In this document: piece by piece, positions 1-8,325 of the stretch
How positions within the stretch are numbered: position 1 is the first letter of the stretch
Layout: each line of letters starts with the position of its first letter
UHGV virus genome: UHGV-1351408
Source: a virus
Length of the DNA: 64,000 nt
Reading direction: 5' to 3' (one strand)
Position numbers and translations under genes: made by a program
Notes under the pieces: model-generated
What the model saw: only the letters and a program-made list of their open reading frames with translations
The model's database searches: none
What the model was told of the DNA's origin: nothing

Positions 1-2
1 CG

Positions 3-191
3 GAAGGTCCATTCGTTATGTTCCTGATACAGAAATTCGCCCACGTAGTTGAAGCGGTCGTTTTAGATGTAAGTCCGGTACAATGGGAAGATATAGAGCA
101 GCAACGCAAGGAAGGACACGAGGTTTGTTTGGCGATTTTATTGCGCCGCACATATCCGTCGTGCGCATTGGAAGCGTGTATGGTGTGGTAA
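3..191 (+). CDS. 3' end of an unknown gene that starts upstream of the window (partial)
   Basis: Open frame 3 from the window edge to TAA at 189-191; looks GC-richer than the bulk of the window; not in the ORF track. Confidence 0.25.
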   Translation, partial: EGPFVMFLIQKFAHVVEAVVLDVSPVQWEDIEQQRKEGHEVCLAILLRRTYPSCALEACMVW

Positions 192-274
192 GATGTCAGA
201 AATGCGCTGGCGCGAATGGCGATGGATAGCGCCGAGTTACATTTCTGGATTTTATCGTGGGAAATAAATAGTTT

Positions 275-320
275 ACCCCTAGACCACACGGTCTAGGGGT
301 AACTTTACTTTTTATTTTTT
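275..320. terminator. Bidirectional intrinsic terminator between convergent genes
   Basis: Perfect inverted repeat ACCCCTAGACC-ACAC-GGTCTAGGGGT (275-300) followed by a T-run (301-320); sits between the plus-strand ORF ending at 191 and the minus-strand ORF ending at 312. Confidence 0.6.
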
Positions 321-1067
321 GTTTGCCTTAAGCGCTTTTAAGCGTTCGGCAGTAACGTTCAGGCATTCGATTAACTCGTTAACCTGTTTCATGAACAGAC
401 CAAACAGCTCCACCCAATCGGATGCAAAATCTAACATCATCGTCAGTTCTTTCGCTACATTCGGATGAATGTTTTGTTCGGACAAGATTTCTGACGTGGT
501 GCGAATGGACTCGATTGACTTGTCGATGTTCGTCCGTAAACGTTTCGTAATTTCAACGTTCAGTGCCTTAGCACGATTGAACGCAACGTCAATCTCAGAC
601 GCGCTGTGGTACGTCTTCTCAATTGGTCGCTGGTCAATAACGTTATTAGTGTACGATTTCGCTAATAAGTTAACCAGGTCTTTCGGGTTAACATTACGTA
701 ACGGTAAATTAACGTTTTTGTAACGGAAACCAATCGGTAATGACAGTACCCCCACATCATGTGTAAGGGCCGAAAGTTGTTTATCGACCGGTAGCAGAAT
801 ACCCGTATAGATGTTTTGTAGTGAACTCCATACAGATTCTAAGCGGTTCAAGTGATCCATCACGTAGGTATTAAACCCAGGTGGAACGATAACCAACATT
901 CCCGCAAAGTGTAGGAATTTTTCTTGTTGCATCCACTTGGAAACGTCCGACATCTCGTCATAAGTGGTTAATGCAATCTCTTGTTGAGGGCCACTAAACC
1001 CTTTCGGTAAGATTGCAGACGCTTTAGCGGCGAAGCTAGATAACGCTGCAAGTGGATTTACATTCAT
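312..1067 (-). CDS. Hypothetical protein (251 aa)
   Basis: Long ORF with ATG start; no motif recognised; codon usage looks GC-richer than the rest of the window. Confidence 0.55.
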   Translation of the reverse strand: MNVNPLAALSSFAAKASAILPKGFSGPQQEIALTTYDEMSDVSKWMQQEKFLHFAGMLVIVPPGFNTYVMDHLNRLESVWSSLQNIYTGILLPVDKQLSALTHDVGVLSLPIGFRYKNVNLPLRNVNPKDLVNLLAKSYTNNVIDQRPIEKTYHSASEIDVAFNRAKALNVEITKRLRTNIDKSIESIRTTSEILSEQNIHPNVAKELTMMLDFASDWVELFGLFMKQVNELIECLNVTAERLKALKANKK

Positions 1068-1165
1068 TCTAAAACCTCGGATTATAAGTCAGGGTTACAT
1101 AGTAAAGTCTTTTTACAGTTCACCCAAACCTTATGACCGAGACTCTTCCATAAAGGTAAAGCTCG

Positions 1166-1465
1166 ATGAAAATCAAATTACTGACTCGAAACACCACACC
1201 GCGTTTAGAACCGGAAATTTATCTGACCCCTGTTAAAAAAGGTCAGAACGGTAAACCTATTCAAGTTGGAAAAGTCTTGAGCGTAACGTCGTGCCCGAGC
1301 GGTAAACGTGTTATGGAACTGGAAATTGACGAGCGTAATAAACGCCGTTTCGAGTCTATTGAAAACCCTTATCCTGAAAATGCGGAAGAAGTTACTGAGT
1401 GGGTAGAGACCTACTTTGAATTCTGGCACAACCGCCGTCTTCTTCTTCCGACCAAGAATCGTTAA
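1166..1465 (+). CDS. Hypothetical protein (99 aa)
   Basis: ATG preceded by AAGGTAAAG; divergent to 312..1067. Confidence 0.45.
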   Translation: MKIKLLTRNTTPRLEPEIYLTPVKKGQNGKPIQVGKVLSVTSCPSGKRVMELEIDERNKRRFESIENPYPENAEEVTEWVETYFEFWHNRRLLLPTKNR

Positions 1466-1502
1466 TTATCGGAGCGCTAAATGGCAGGCCCAACTAAGCA
1501 AG

Positions 1503-1712
1503 TTATCGGTGAAGTAATTCGTCCACGTTTTTTACACCTTTAAAAAGGTTGTTTGAACTGCGTTTTAAAGTTAACTGCTTATCAACCTTCACGCCCCACC
1601 TTACAGCAGATTGTTTCCCGTTGTCAATCACTTTCCCGCATAACTTTTTAGCCATGTTGCGAGCGTCATCACGAGTCTTTGTAGTAATTACAACGTTTTT
1701 GATAATAGCCAT
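1503..1712 (-). CDS. Hypothetical small protein (69 aa)
   Basis: Track ORF 1503..1727 begins at a TTG; the first ATG is at 1712, with GGAGA 8 nt upstream. Confidence 0.4.
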   Translation of the reverse strand: MAIIKNVVITTKTRDDARNMAKKLCGKVIDNGKQSAVRWGVKVDKQLTLKRSSNNLFKGVKNVDELLHR

Positions 1713-1798
1713 TTTTAAGTTCTCCAATTTAGGATTGAGTGGTAAAGCTCTTTATCTGGGGCTTACTTTATCGAACTATAAGCCCCTTGTAAAGTACT

Positions 1799-2182
1799 TT
1801 ATTTGTTAATTTTGAAGATAGTTACATAACCATCGCTGCCGATGATTTGTGATGCTCCAGCTTTTTCTACTTGATAGCCCATATTTTCAAGATGATAAAC
1901 AGCATCATCATAACCATATGCGCCGCCTTGATAACGTCTCTTATCACATCTTACTAATACCTTTCCACGTCCAGCAAGTGCATTTAGTACAGCTTTTTCA
2001 CTTGAAAGTGTACCATCTAACATGGTTGCCGTGTAATGGTTGATTCTATTCCCGTTTACATCATACTTAAAATTGAATGCGTGAACAACGATAATGTTAC
2101 CTTTAAAATTTTCATCAAGTGACTTCTCCAGTGCGTTGCGAAAGTTGTCTTTGTTGATGAATTTAGGTGCACGGTATTTCAT
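1799..2182 (-). CDS. Hypothetical protein (127 aa)
   Basis: ATG start with GGAGA 8 nt upstream; no motif recognised. Confidence 0.55.
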   Translation of the reverse strand: MKYRAPKFINKDNFRNALEKSLDENFKGNIIVVHAFNFKYDVNGNRINHYTATMLDGTLSSEKAVLNALAGRGKVLVRCDKRRYQGGAYGYDDAVYHLENMGYQVEKAGASQIIGSDGYVTIFKINK

Positions 2183-2436
2183 TTTTGAATCTCCAGTTTA
2201 GGACTTTATTTAGTGGGGAAGGTTATTCCCTCCCCGTTGATGCAAATACTAGGTAACCACGTTCAAAGAGTCAAGAAAAATTTTAAAAATATTTTTAGCA
2301 AAACTGTAATGAAACGGGCGCACACGACTACCACAAAACAGAACTATAATCAAGAATTATTTTTCAATCCGCTACAAATTTTTCTGTTGACTTTTATTTC
2401 CAGATGTGGTAGCCTTGTGAGAAATGGCGACATCCC

Positions 2437-2655
2437 CACCTGCACCCACCTACCTGCACAATTCTAAAATGATTTTTCTTGCCCGACCTGAGCGGGGTCT
2501 GCACGTTTTGAAAATGAAAAAGCTCTTTGGAGATTACCTGCACAGTTTGAAAATGAATTTTCTCTTTGGAGTTCAAAATTTTCTCTACAGATTTCTGTCC
2601 AGAACTCTACCTGCACAATCCTGAAATGAAAAAGCCCTCCTTACCTGAAAATTTA
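2437..2655. repeat. Direct-repeat (iteron-like) array in a 520-bp intergenic region
   Basis: Copies of TACCTGCACA-N-TTTGAAAATGA at 2451-2472, 2498-2523, 2534-2557, 2607-2635 and a partial at 2641-2654; two ~34-bp near-tandem units (2499-2532, 2538-2571) also share CTCTTTGGAG. Confidence 0.6.
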
Positions 2656-2701
2656 CCAGATAAGAAAGGCTTAACCTATTGTGAATATTCTACAGAGTTT
2701 C

Positions 2702-3487
2702 TTAGTTCTTTGCGTCTAAGAAGGTTACTTCCGGTGAAGAGAAAATTTCCTCAACATCCTCATCAGTTCTTGCATAGATATATGTATCTGCATCACTGCC
2801 AAATGTTACTGCAATTCTGTGATTGCTCTTCGACAGGTGGGTAACTAGAGCGTTACTTAGAGACATCTTTTCAACCGGAGGGTTACTTTGATGTATCTTG
2901 CCTTTTCTTCGTCTGAAGAGGGTAACTGTATCATCAGTGAACACTACTACACCTGCAAAGTATTCTGGTTCACAGTAGTTCTTCCAACCTGAGCGTAACT
3001 TGTGGTACATCTCACCTTCGTAGACATACAGATACACATCTACATTCTTCATCACCTGATTAATGATAACAGTGACGGCTTGAGGGTCTAGTCCACCGAT
3101 ACCTGCACCAATCATAGGTAACCCAACTTTCTTCAACTGATTGACTTCACAGTATCTGTTAAGCTGTTTCAAAGATGACTCTAAAGCACTGTATCGGGCA
3201 TCTTTACCAGTCTTAAGCTGGGTGTAAAGGTTAGCTATACATCCTTGTCTTAAACGTGCTACAGAGAAATTGCCTAGTAAATTCTCACAGGGCTTGTGGC
3301 CTATGCCACCTGCATACAGATAAACTTCTGTATCAGTCTCGTATGCTTTTGGGTAAAATTTAGAAATCTTGTCAGCGATACCTGCACCCATTAAGTTCAT
3401 ACAGTTGCAACCGTGACCGATGACATCAAACTTACCTTTATCAAATGCTGCAAAGATATCACCGTTGATGATTTTTACAATACCCAT
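2702..3487 (-). CDS. Macro-domain-like (ADP-ribose binding/processing) protein with a ~90-aa C-terminal extension
   Basis: N-terminal pattern GDIF..DVIGHGCNCMNLMGAGIADKI aligns by eye with the macro-domain GDIT..DAIVNAAN..GGGVA region, and a second glycine-rich loop GLPMIGAGIGGLD follows; GGAGA RBS; ATG overlaps the upstream stop (TAAATG). Confidence 0.5.
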   Translation of the reverse strand: MGIVKIINGDIFAAFDKGKFDVIGHGCNCMNLMGAGIADKISKFYPKAYETDTEVYLYAGGIGHKPCENLLGNFSVARLRQGCIANLYTQLKTGKDARYSALESSLKQLNRYCEVNQLKKVGLPMIGAGIGGLDPQAVTVIINQVMKNVDVYLYVYEGEMYHKLRSGWKNYCEPEYFAGVVVFTDDTVTLFRRRKGKIHQSNPPVEKMSLSNALVTHLSKSNHRIAVTFGSDADTYIYARTDEDVEEIFSSPEVTFLDAKN

Positions 3488-3724
3488 TTAACATCTCTCC
3501 CAAGTTTCTTTATCTTCTGAAGGTTTTACACGTTGCCCTTCGTGGTCTACCCAGATACATCCACAACCTTCACAGATTACTGGCATTGCATAGCCAGCTT
3601 TAAAGTCGTCTTCAGTGATAAGACCTTTTAAGTCACCTGTATCACGTCCAAACATTTCAATAGAACAATCTTTGCAGAAATCAGCCATGAATAATTGCCT
3701 CTTGAATGATGATACCTTTACCAC
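3488..3724 (-). CDS. Small cysteine-rich (zinc-ribbon-like) protein
   Basis: 78 aa with CKDC ... CEGCGC cysteine pairs. Confidence 0.45.
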   Translation of the reverse strand: MVKVSSFKRQLFMADFCKDCSIEMFGRDTGDLKGLITEDDFKAGYAMPVICEGCGCIWVDHEGQRVKPSEDKETWERC

Positions 3725-3908
3725 AACGACTTTTAAAGTGTTCTAATGGTTCAGAGATGAAGCCACGTAAACAGTCAGTGAATACTAAGTTCTTCCGGTA
3801 AGCTATCACATCATTTGCTGTAAATGGTATGACCTCATTTCGTCCAATGAACACCGCTGACCTGATAAGTCTCCGTGTCTTTTTATCTCTGGCTAGTATT
3901 ACTTTCAT
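3681..3908 (-). CDS. Hypothetical protein (75 aa)
   Basis: ORF in an operon-like minus-strand array; overlaps neighbours by a few codons. Confidence 0.35.
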   Translation of the reverse strand: MKVILARDKKTRRLIRSAVFIGRNEVIPFTANDVIAYRKNLVFTDCLRGFISEPLEHFKSRCGKGIIIQEAIIHG

Positions 3909-4248
3909 AGTTTACCTTCTCAGTTAGCTCATACAAATCAACATGTTCAATGCTATCAATGTTGATACCAATCTTTTTGAAGCGTTCTATCACTTCGTTG
4001 TCAGTCATCCATATCAGACACCAATGATTGTGGATGGATTCTTCAAGGAGGTCAACACAATCTTTAAAAGTTTTTGTATCACTTCTTGTTCCGACTACTG
4101 CGATTGTTCCATATAGCCACTTACCATTGCCATAAGATACTTGTGCTACGCCAACTTCTTTATCTTTCTCATAGTAAACGGCTACAAAGTCTCTTCCATT
4201 AATCTGCATTTGTAAGTTCCTCTGTTGGTAACTCACCATTTTCAGCAA
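3883..4248 (-). CDS. Hypothetical protein (121 aa)
   Basis: ORF in a tightly packed minus-strand array. Confidence 0.45.
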   Translation of the reverse strand: MLKMVSYQQRNLQMQINGRDFVAVYYEKDKEVGVAQVSYGNGKWLYGTIAVVGTRSDTKTFKDCVDLLEESIHNHWCLIWMTDNEVIERFKKIGINIDSIEHVDLYELTEKVNYESNTSQR

Positions 4249-4513
4249 AGTATTGAAGGTACGGCAACAACTCTTTTACCTGTTCTTGATTGAGCTTCAT
4301 TCTTTGATTACCTACAAAATCTTTACCTACTAATGCTGGGATATCAAGTGTTTTCCAGCCATTATCTAGGTACTGAACAGAGACCTCTTTAGCACCTAAC
4401 CATATACATGGTTCATATGATGAACTCTCTTGTAAAGTACAAATTTCCCCTTTAGCATCTTTAAATTCTGCATAAGAAAATCCACGATTTGTTGGCTGGA
4501 ATTGCATAATCAT
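4199..4513 (-). CDS. Hypothetical protein (104 aa)
   Basis: ORF in a tightly packed minus-strand array. Confidence 0.45.
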   Translation of the reverse strand: MIMQFQPTNRGFSYAEFKDAKGEICTLQESSSYEPCIWLGAKEVSVQYLDNGWKTLDIPALVGKDFVGNQRMKLNQEQVKELLPYLQYFAENGELPTEELTNAD

Positions 4514-4779
4514 TTCCTCGTTTTAAGAACTGCTAAGATTTCTTTAGAATCTGGTAAGAACCATGTGTAGTGATTCTCTTTGATTTCTGGATGAGTGTCA
4601 ACCTTTATTTTGCAATCTTTACCAACATGCTTAAGCTGTGCTGTGACACCTTGCATAAAAATATGACACATCACATTATCCATAATGGTAGGTATGAAGT
4701 CAATTCGCATATAAGTTTCTTTTGGTCGTGGTAACAGTAAGTATCCTTCTACGTAAAAAGTATCTTCATTCTCTGTCAT
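4510..4779 (-). CDS. Hypothetical protein (89 aa)
   Basis: ORF; its stop overlaps the next start. Confidence 0.45.
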   Translation of the reverse strand: MTENEDTFYVEGYLLLPRPKETYMRIDFIPTIMDNVMCHIFMQGVTAQLKHVGKDCKIKVDTHPEIKENHYTWFLPDSKEILAVLKTRK

Positions 4780-5045
4780 TGCTGTTTATTTCCTAATAAA
4801 ATCATATCAATAAGGTTATTAGCTTTGATTGTACACTGGTAGAATTCATCACGATAAAACTCAAGGGCTGCTGCCACATCACTACCGGTATTACCTTTGA
4901 TAGTGAATCTTGAATCTTCTTGAGTGTACTTGTCACTCTCACTTACTTGGGAGTTTTTGAATGTACTGCTCACTTTGTTCGTTGAACACCCTGACATAAT
5001 TATCAGTAACACAAACATTATAAAACTCTGGCTTAGTTTTTTCAT
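4776..5045 (-). CDS. Putative outer-membrane lipoprotein, o-spanin-like (Rz1-like)
   Basis: Signal peptide ending in the lipobox IMSGC; own RBS AGAGGT; starts inside the preceding ORF in the +1 frame (overlapped architecture). Confidence 0.45.
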   Translation of the reverse strand: MKKLSQSFIMFVLLIIMSGCSTNKVSSTFKNSQVSESDKYTQEDSRFTIKGNTGSDVAAALEFYRDEFYQCTIKANNLIDMILLGNKQQ

Positions 5046-5286
5046 ATGTTAGTACCTCTTTTGTATGCTTATTCTTAGCAAGCACGTCTTTCAAATCATT
5101 TTTGTAATTGGTGCTCAGTGTAACTAATCCTTCCTGATAAGCATCTTTAGCAACACTTATCAGCTTCTCATTGTTTAACTCAGCTTCAGCAACTTGGTAG
5201 TCTCTGTAAGAGTATCCTCCCCAGACACCCGCCCCAACTAAGAAAACAATTATGAAAGTAGCTTGACAGAACTCTTTAAATGTCAT
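4939..5286 (-). CDS. Putative inner-membrane i-spanin-like protein (Rz-like)
   Basis: N-terminal transmembrane helix (FIIVFLVGAGVWGGY) then a charged, helix-prone periplasmic domain; 3' end overlaps the lipoprotein ORF; GGAGA RBS. Confidence 0.45.
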   Translation of the reverse strand: MTFKEFCQATFIIVFLVGAGVWGGYSYRDYQVAEAELNNEKLISVAKDAYQEGLVTLSTNYKNDLKDVLAKNKHTKEVLTYEKTKPEFYNVCVTDNYVRVFNEQSEQYIQKLPSK

Positions 5287-5299
5287 TTAACAATCTCCT

Positions 5300-5330
5300 G
5301 AAATGAAAAAGGCTCCCGAAGGAGCCTGTA
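5300..5330 (-). terminator. Intrinsic terminator (GGCTCC-CGAA-GGAGCC hairpin)
   Basis: Hairpin 5311-5326 followed on the minus-strand transcript by UUUUUCAUUU. Confidence 0.6.
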
Positions 5331-5338
5331 TCTTAACC

Positions 5339-5803
5339 TTAACCGAGGACTTTAGCAAGGATATTCGCAGCCATCGAAGAAGCTTTTGCAGCAGCAACTA
5401 CGCCAGCTTTGACAGTGCTATCCTTAATAGCAGATACCGTTGCAGCATCAGTAAAGAGATAAGTGATTGTTTTAGAACCACTTGTAAAGGAAAGCATAAG
5501 AGTAGTTTCCAGATTGAAAGAGCGATACGGAGCACCTTCTTTAACGATACCTTCAGCACCTAACTCTGAAGCCTTACCCATATCATAGATAGTCATCAGG
5601 TTTTCTTTGTGTGCAGTCGTTGAACCAGCACCTTTTACGTGCTTTTTAACATTCAACAATGCACGATATTCACGAATGCTGCCATCAGCTTTTACATTAA
5701 CAGCACGAAAAATTTTACCTTCAAAGTTACCTTGAATCATTTTACGAACTACTTCAGATTTGTTTGCCGTAACGTCCAGTGCTACCGTGATGATATTGTT
5801 CAT
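5339..5803 (-). CDS. Hypothetical protein (154 aa)
   Basis: Track ORF begins at a TTG; first ATG at 5803 with GAGAG upstream. Confidence 0.5.
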   Translation of the reverse strand: MNNIITVALDVTANKSEVVRKMIQGNFEGKIFRAVNVKADGSIREYRALLNVKKHVKGAGSTTAHKENLMTIYDMGKASELGAEGIVKEGAPYRSFNLETTLMLSFTSGSKTITYLFTDAATVSAIKDSTVKAGVVAAAKASSMAANILAKVLG

Positions 5804-5814
5804 AAGTTTTTCTC

Positions 5815-6510
5815 TCAATGTTTAACTAACATGGTTTTAATGTGTGGAAGGATTCTGTTTACCTTCTGAACATTCTTCTCTGTATCTTCTATAAAACATA
5901 CTATATTAAAGTAAGGCAGAATGCAAGACTGAATCATCCTCACTTTCAAACTTTCTGCACTTATAGAATTATTCCCAAAACCACGCATAAAAAGCATGTA
6001 GTCATGCTCTGTGTTATGCCTTAAAAACATCTCAGTAGGTATTCTCTGAGATTCACCTCTGGCTGTCAAGAGTCCAATGGCAGCATGATTAGCAATTGCA
6101 TCAATAATATTGAAAACATACGTTGGTTTTGCTCTTACAGAGTCAAGAAGATTAGTGTACTGTGAAAATGACCCATCAATCAATTCTGTTGAGCAATCTT
6201 CGTGATTAAAATTTGTAAGAACACCATCAATATCTGCTAAGATGAGGTTACCTTTTTCTACAAGGTCTTTATTGACTATGACTAAACTGTCACGTCTTAC
6301 ACCTATAGATTGTCCAGTCTCTTTGTCCACAACGTTCACAATTGATTCTGAAGTGTGGAACTCTTCAAGTGAACATACAACTTCTCTTGCAGTATCTTCA
6401 AAATCCCTGCACTGTTCTGAAGTCCATACACAGGAATCAAGACCTAACTCATGAGGGTGCAAGTCGTAAGCATGACACAGGACTTCATCAGACTTTCTTA
6501 ATTTTTTCAT
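5815..6510 (-). CDS. HAD-superfamily hydrolase/phosphatase-like protein
   Basis: LILADIDGVLTN matches HAD motif I (DxDGxL); ATG with AGGT upstream. Confidence 0.5.
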   Translation of the reverse strand: MKKLRKSDEVLCHAYDLHPHELGLDSCVWTSEQCRDFEDTAREVVCSLEEFHTSESIVNVVDKETGQSIGVRRDSLVIVNKDLVEKGNLILADIDGVLTNFNHEDCSTELIDGSFSQYTNLLDSVRAKPTYVFNIIDAIANHAAIGLLTARGESQRIPTEMFLRHNTEHDYMLFMRGFGNNSISAESLKVRMIQSCILPYFNIVCFIEDTEKNVQKVNRILPHIKTMLVKH

Positions 6511-7036
6511 GGTTTACCTTAGAAATGTTTGTTGCAAATTCACATTGAGCAATAACTTTCATGTTGTTATAGACATCTTGAGAATATTTCTTAGCTTTAG
6601 GAATTTTGTATGAATACCCAGCATTATAAGATGCTAAAACTTTTTGTAAAGTCTTCTTTGACTTTGGCTGACCATGTACCTTTGTCCAAAACTCAAGCTC
6701 TTTATGCGTTTCTTTTGCGGCATAATCAAAATCTTTTAAAAGTTTCTTTTTAGCCACATTAGGACTAATTTTGTTACGCTTTACAACAGTCTTCAAGTGA
6801 TTCTGGAAAATACCATAGTCATGTGTCTTTTTATTCTCTACCTTCAGACCTAACTCTGACTCTTGTAAGGCTATAGCAGCTAGAGTGATACCCCAACCTT
6901 TACCCATATTATTCTCACCATACTGGTAAGCTTTTAACATGTTTACTTTTTGGCTAATTGATAGCTCTGGGCAGTCAACTGCATAAGATAAGTGTGCTGT
7001 AAACATTAAGCACAAACCTAGAATCAATTTCTTCAT
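6488..7036 (-). CDS. Secreted lytic transglycosylase (SLT-domain) protein; candidate endolysin or periplasmic muralytic enzyme
   Basis: N-terminal signal peptide MKKLILGLCLMFTAHLSYA; SLT-like catalytic region ALQESELG ... YGIFQ; strong RBS GGAGAACCA. Confidence 0.55.
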   Translation of the reverse strand: MKKLILGLCLMFTAHLSYAVDCPELSISQKVNMLKAYQYGENNMGKGWGITLAAIALQESELGLKVENKKTHDYGIFQNHLKTVVKRNKISPNVAKKKLLKDFDYAAKETHKELEFWTKVHGQPKSKKTLQKVLASYNAGYSYKIPKAKKYSQDVYNNMKVIAQCEFATNISKVNHEKIKKV

Positions 7037-7059
7037 TGGTTCTCCTGTTTAGTTTATCG

Positions 7060-7100
7060 TGACAACAATTATACAGTACTCTGCACAAAATACAAATAAA
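7060..7100 (-). promoter_or_regulatory. Putative promoter upstream of the transglycosylase gene
   Basis: TATAAT on the minus strand (plus 7069-7074) immediately preceded by TG, downstream of the rIIB terminator; -35 not clear. Confidence 0.3.
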
Positions 7101-7131
7101 AAAGGCCGCCGAAGCAGCCTTTTAAGAAATT
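7101..7131 (-). terminator. Intrinsic terminator after rIIB
   Basis: Minus-strand RNA stem GGCUGC-UUCG-GCGGCC (one G-U wobble) followed by UUUUUUAUUU. Confidence 0.6.
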
Positions 7132-7136
7132 ACTTA

Positions 7137-8246
7137 TTAGATTTCACGTTTACGTTGAGAGATGAGTTCACCAGCAGTGCCAACGATGACATGCAAAGCT
7201 TCGGCCTTACCATCCCATGCTTTCAGCACTTTACGTTGATTATCAACGATTGCTGTAACTTCATAACGAGAGGAACGCATCTTCATATCGTTGTAATCAG
7301 TTGGGACAGACACAACATCTCGTGGATGGACACGAACCTTCAGGATTGTATCGCCTGAGAAGCAACGAACATAATCCCAAGCACCAACATGAAGACCTTG
7401 AGAGCAAGTCACGTTACGGTTATTATCAACCATCCAACGTGGCATTTCTACAATGTTACCCAAATCATTAGGTACTTTGTATGTGCGGGAGTCAACCAGC
7501 TTGCCTTCATGAGTAGAGACTTTCTTCCAACCAATGATGTAACCTTCTTCATCAATTTCAACATCAAGGTGAGATACGAAGCCCCAAAGTTGTTCTACAG
7601 AGTCTTTAGATGGGTTTTCCATCAGTTTTTCGAAGAACATTACAAGTCGTTCAAAGCCTTTATCACCAGTCTTCATCATGTGAAGAATACGGTCAACCAG
7701 AGTAGAACGCATCTCAACAGCACCGTAGAATAACTTGTCACCTTTGATTGTGATAGCACCCTGAGTGAAGTTTTCGATAGACTTACGAATGTTCATCAGT
7801 TCAAAGGCTTTCTTGAACTCACCTTTCACAACATGAACTACAATCTCTTGATAGTTCGGATGAGTAGACTCAACAATTTCAGATTCTGAACCGTAAGTCA
7901 TAATTACAGAGTCACCAGTAATCATGTACTCAATCTTGTCATCTTTCTGCATAGCTTCATGCAGTTTATTTACCGGAGCTTTCTGTACAGAATCTTTAAC
8001 AACCTTTTCAACTGGCTTGTCAGCTTTCTTTTTAAAGGTCTTAGCAACTTGTTTCAAAGTCTTTGTAGCTGGTGTAGAAGTTGCCTTCTTCTTCCCTTTT
8101 AAGGTTGCTTCATGACGCTCTACAGCACGACCGACTGAACGGGTTGAAGTATTGAATTTCTGTGCAATAGCTGTTTTGGTCAGCTTACCTTCTTTAACCA
8201 GTTTGTAAATTTCTGCGTCAATCTGTGCTTTAGTTTTAGTAGTCAT
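7137..8246 (-). CDS. rIIB: rIIB-like protein
   Basis: 369-aa protein immediately downstream of the GHKL-ATPase protein, the typical rIIA-rIIB arrangement; call rests on synteny and size. Confidence 0.45.
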   Translation of the reverse strand: MTTKTKAQIDAEIYKLVKEGKLTKTAIAQKFNTSTRSVGRAVERHEATLKGKKKATSTPATKTLKQVAKTFKKKADKPVEKVVKDSVQKAPVNKLHEAMQKDDKIEYMITGDSVIMTYGSESEIVESTHPNYQEIVVHVVKGEFKKAFELMNIRKSIENFTQGAITIKGDKLFYGAVEMRSTLVDRILHMMKTGDKGFERLVMFFEKLMENPSKDSVEQLWGFVSHLDVEIDEEGYIIGWKKVSTHEGKLVDSRTYKVPNDLGNIVEMPRWMVDNNRNVTCSQGLHVGAWDYVRCFSGDTILKVRVHPRDVVSVPTDYNDMKMRSSRYEVTAIVDNQRKVLKAWDGKAEALHVIVGTAGELISQRKREI

Positions 8247-8325
8247 CTTATTACTCTCTCTTGTTAGTTAATAAATCATTTTGTGAGGTTATTCTAAGGG
8301 GCTTTGAAGCCCCTTGTCAAACATT

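Noticed and set aside
1549-1809. 86-aa plus-strand ORF
   Set aside because: Overlaps the minus-strand ORF 1503..1712, which has an ATG and GGAGA RBS; the plus ORF has no evident RBS.
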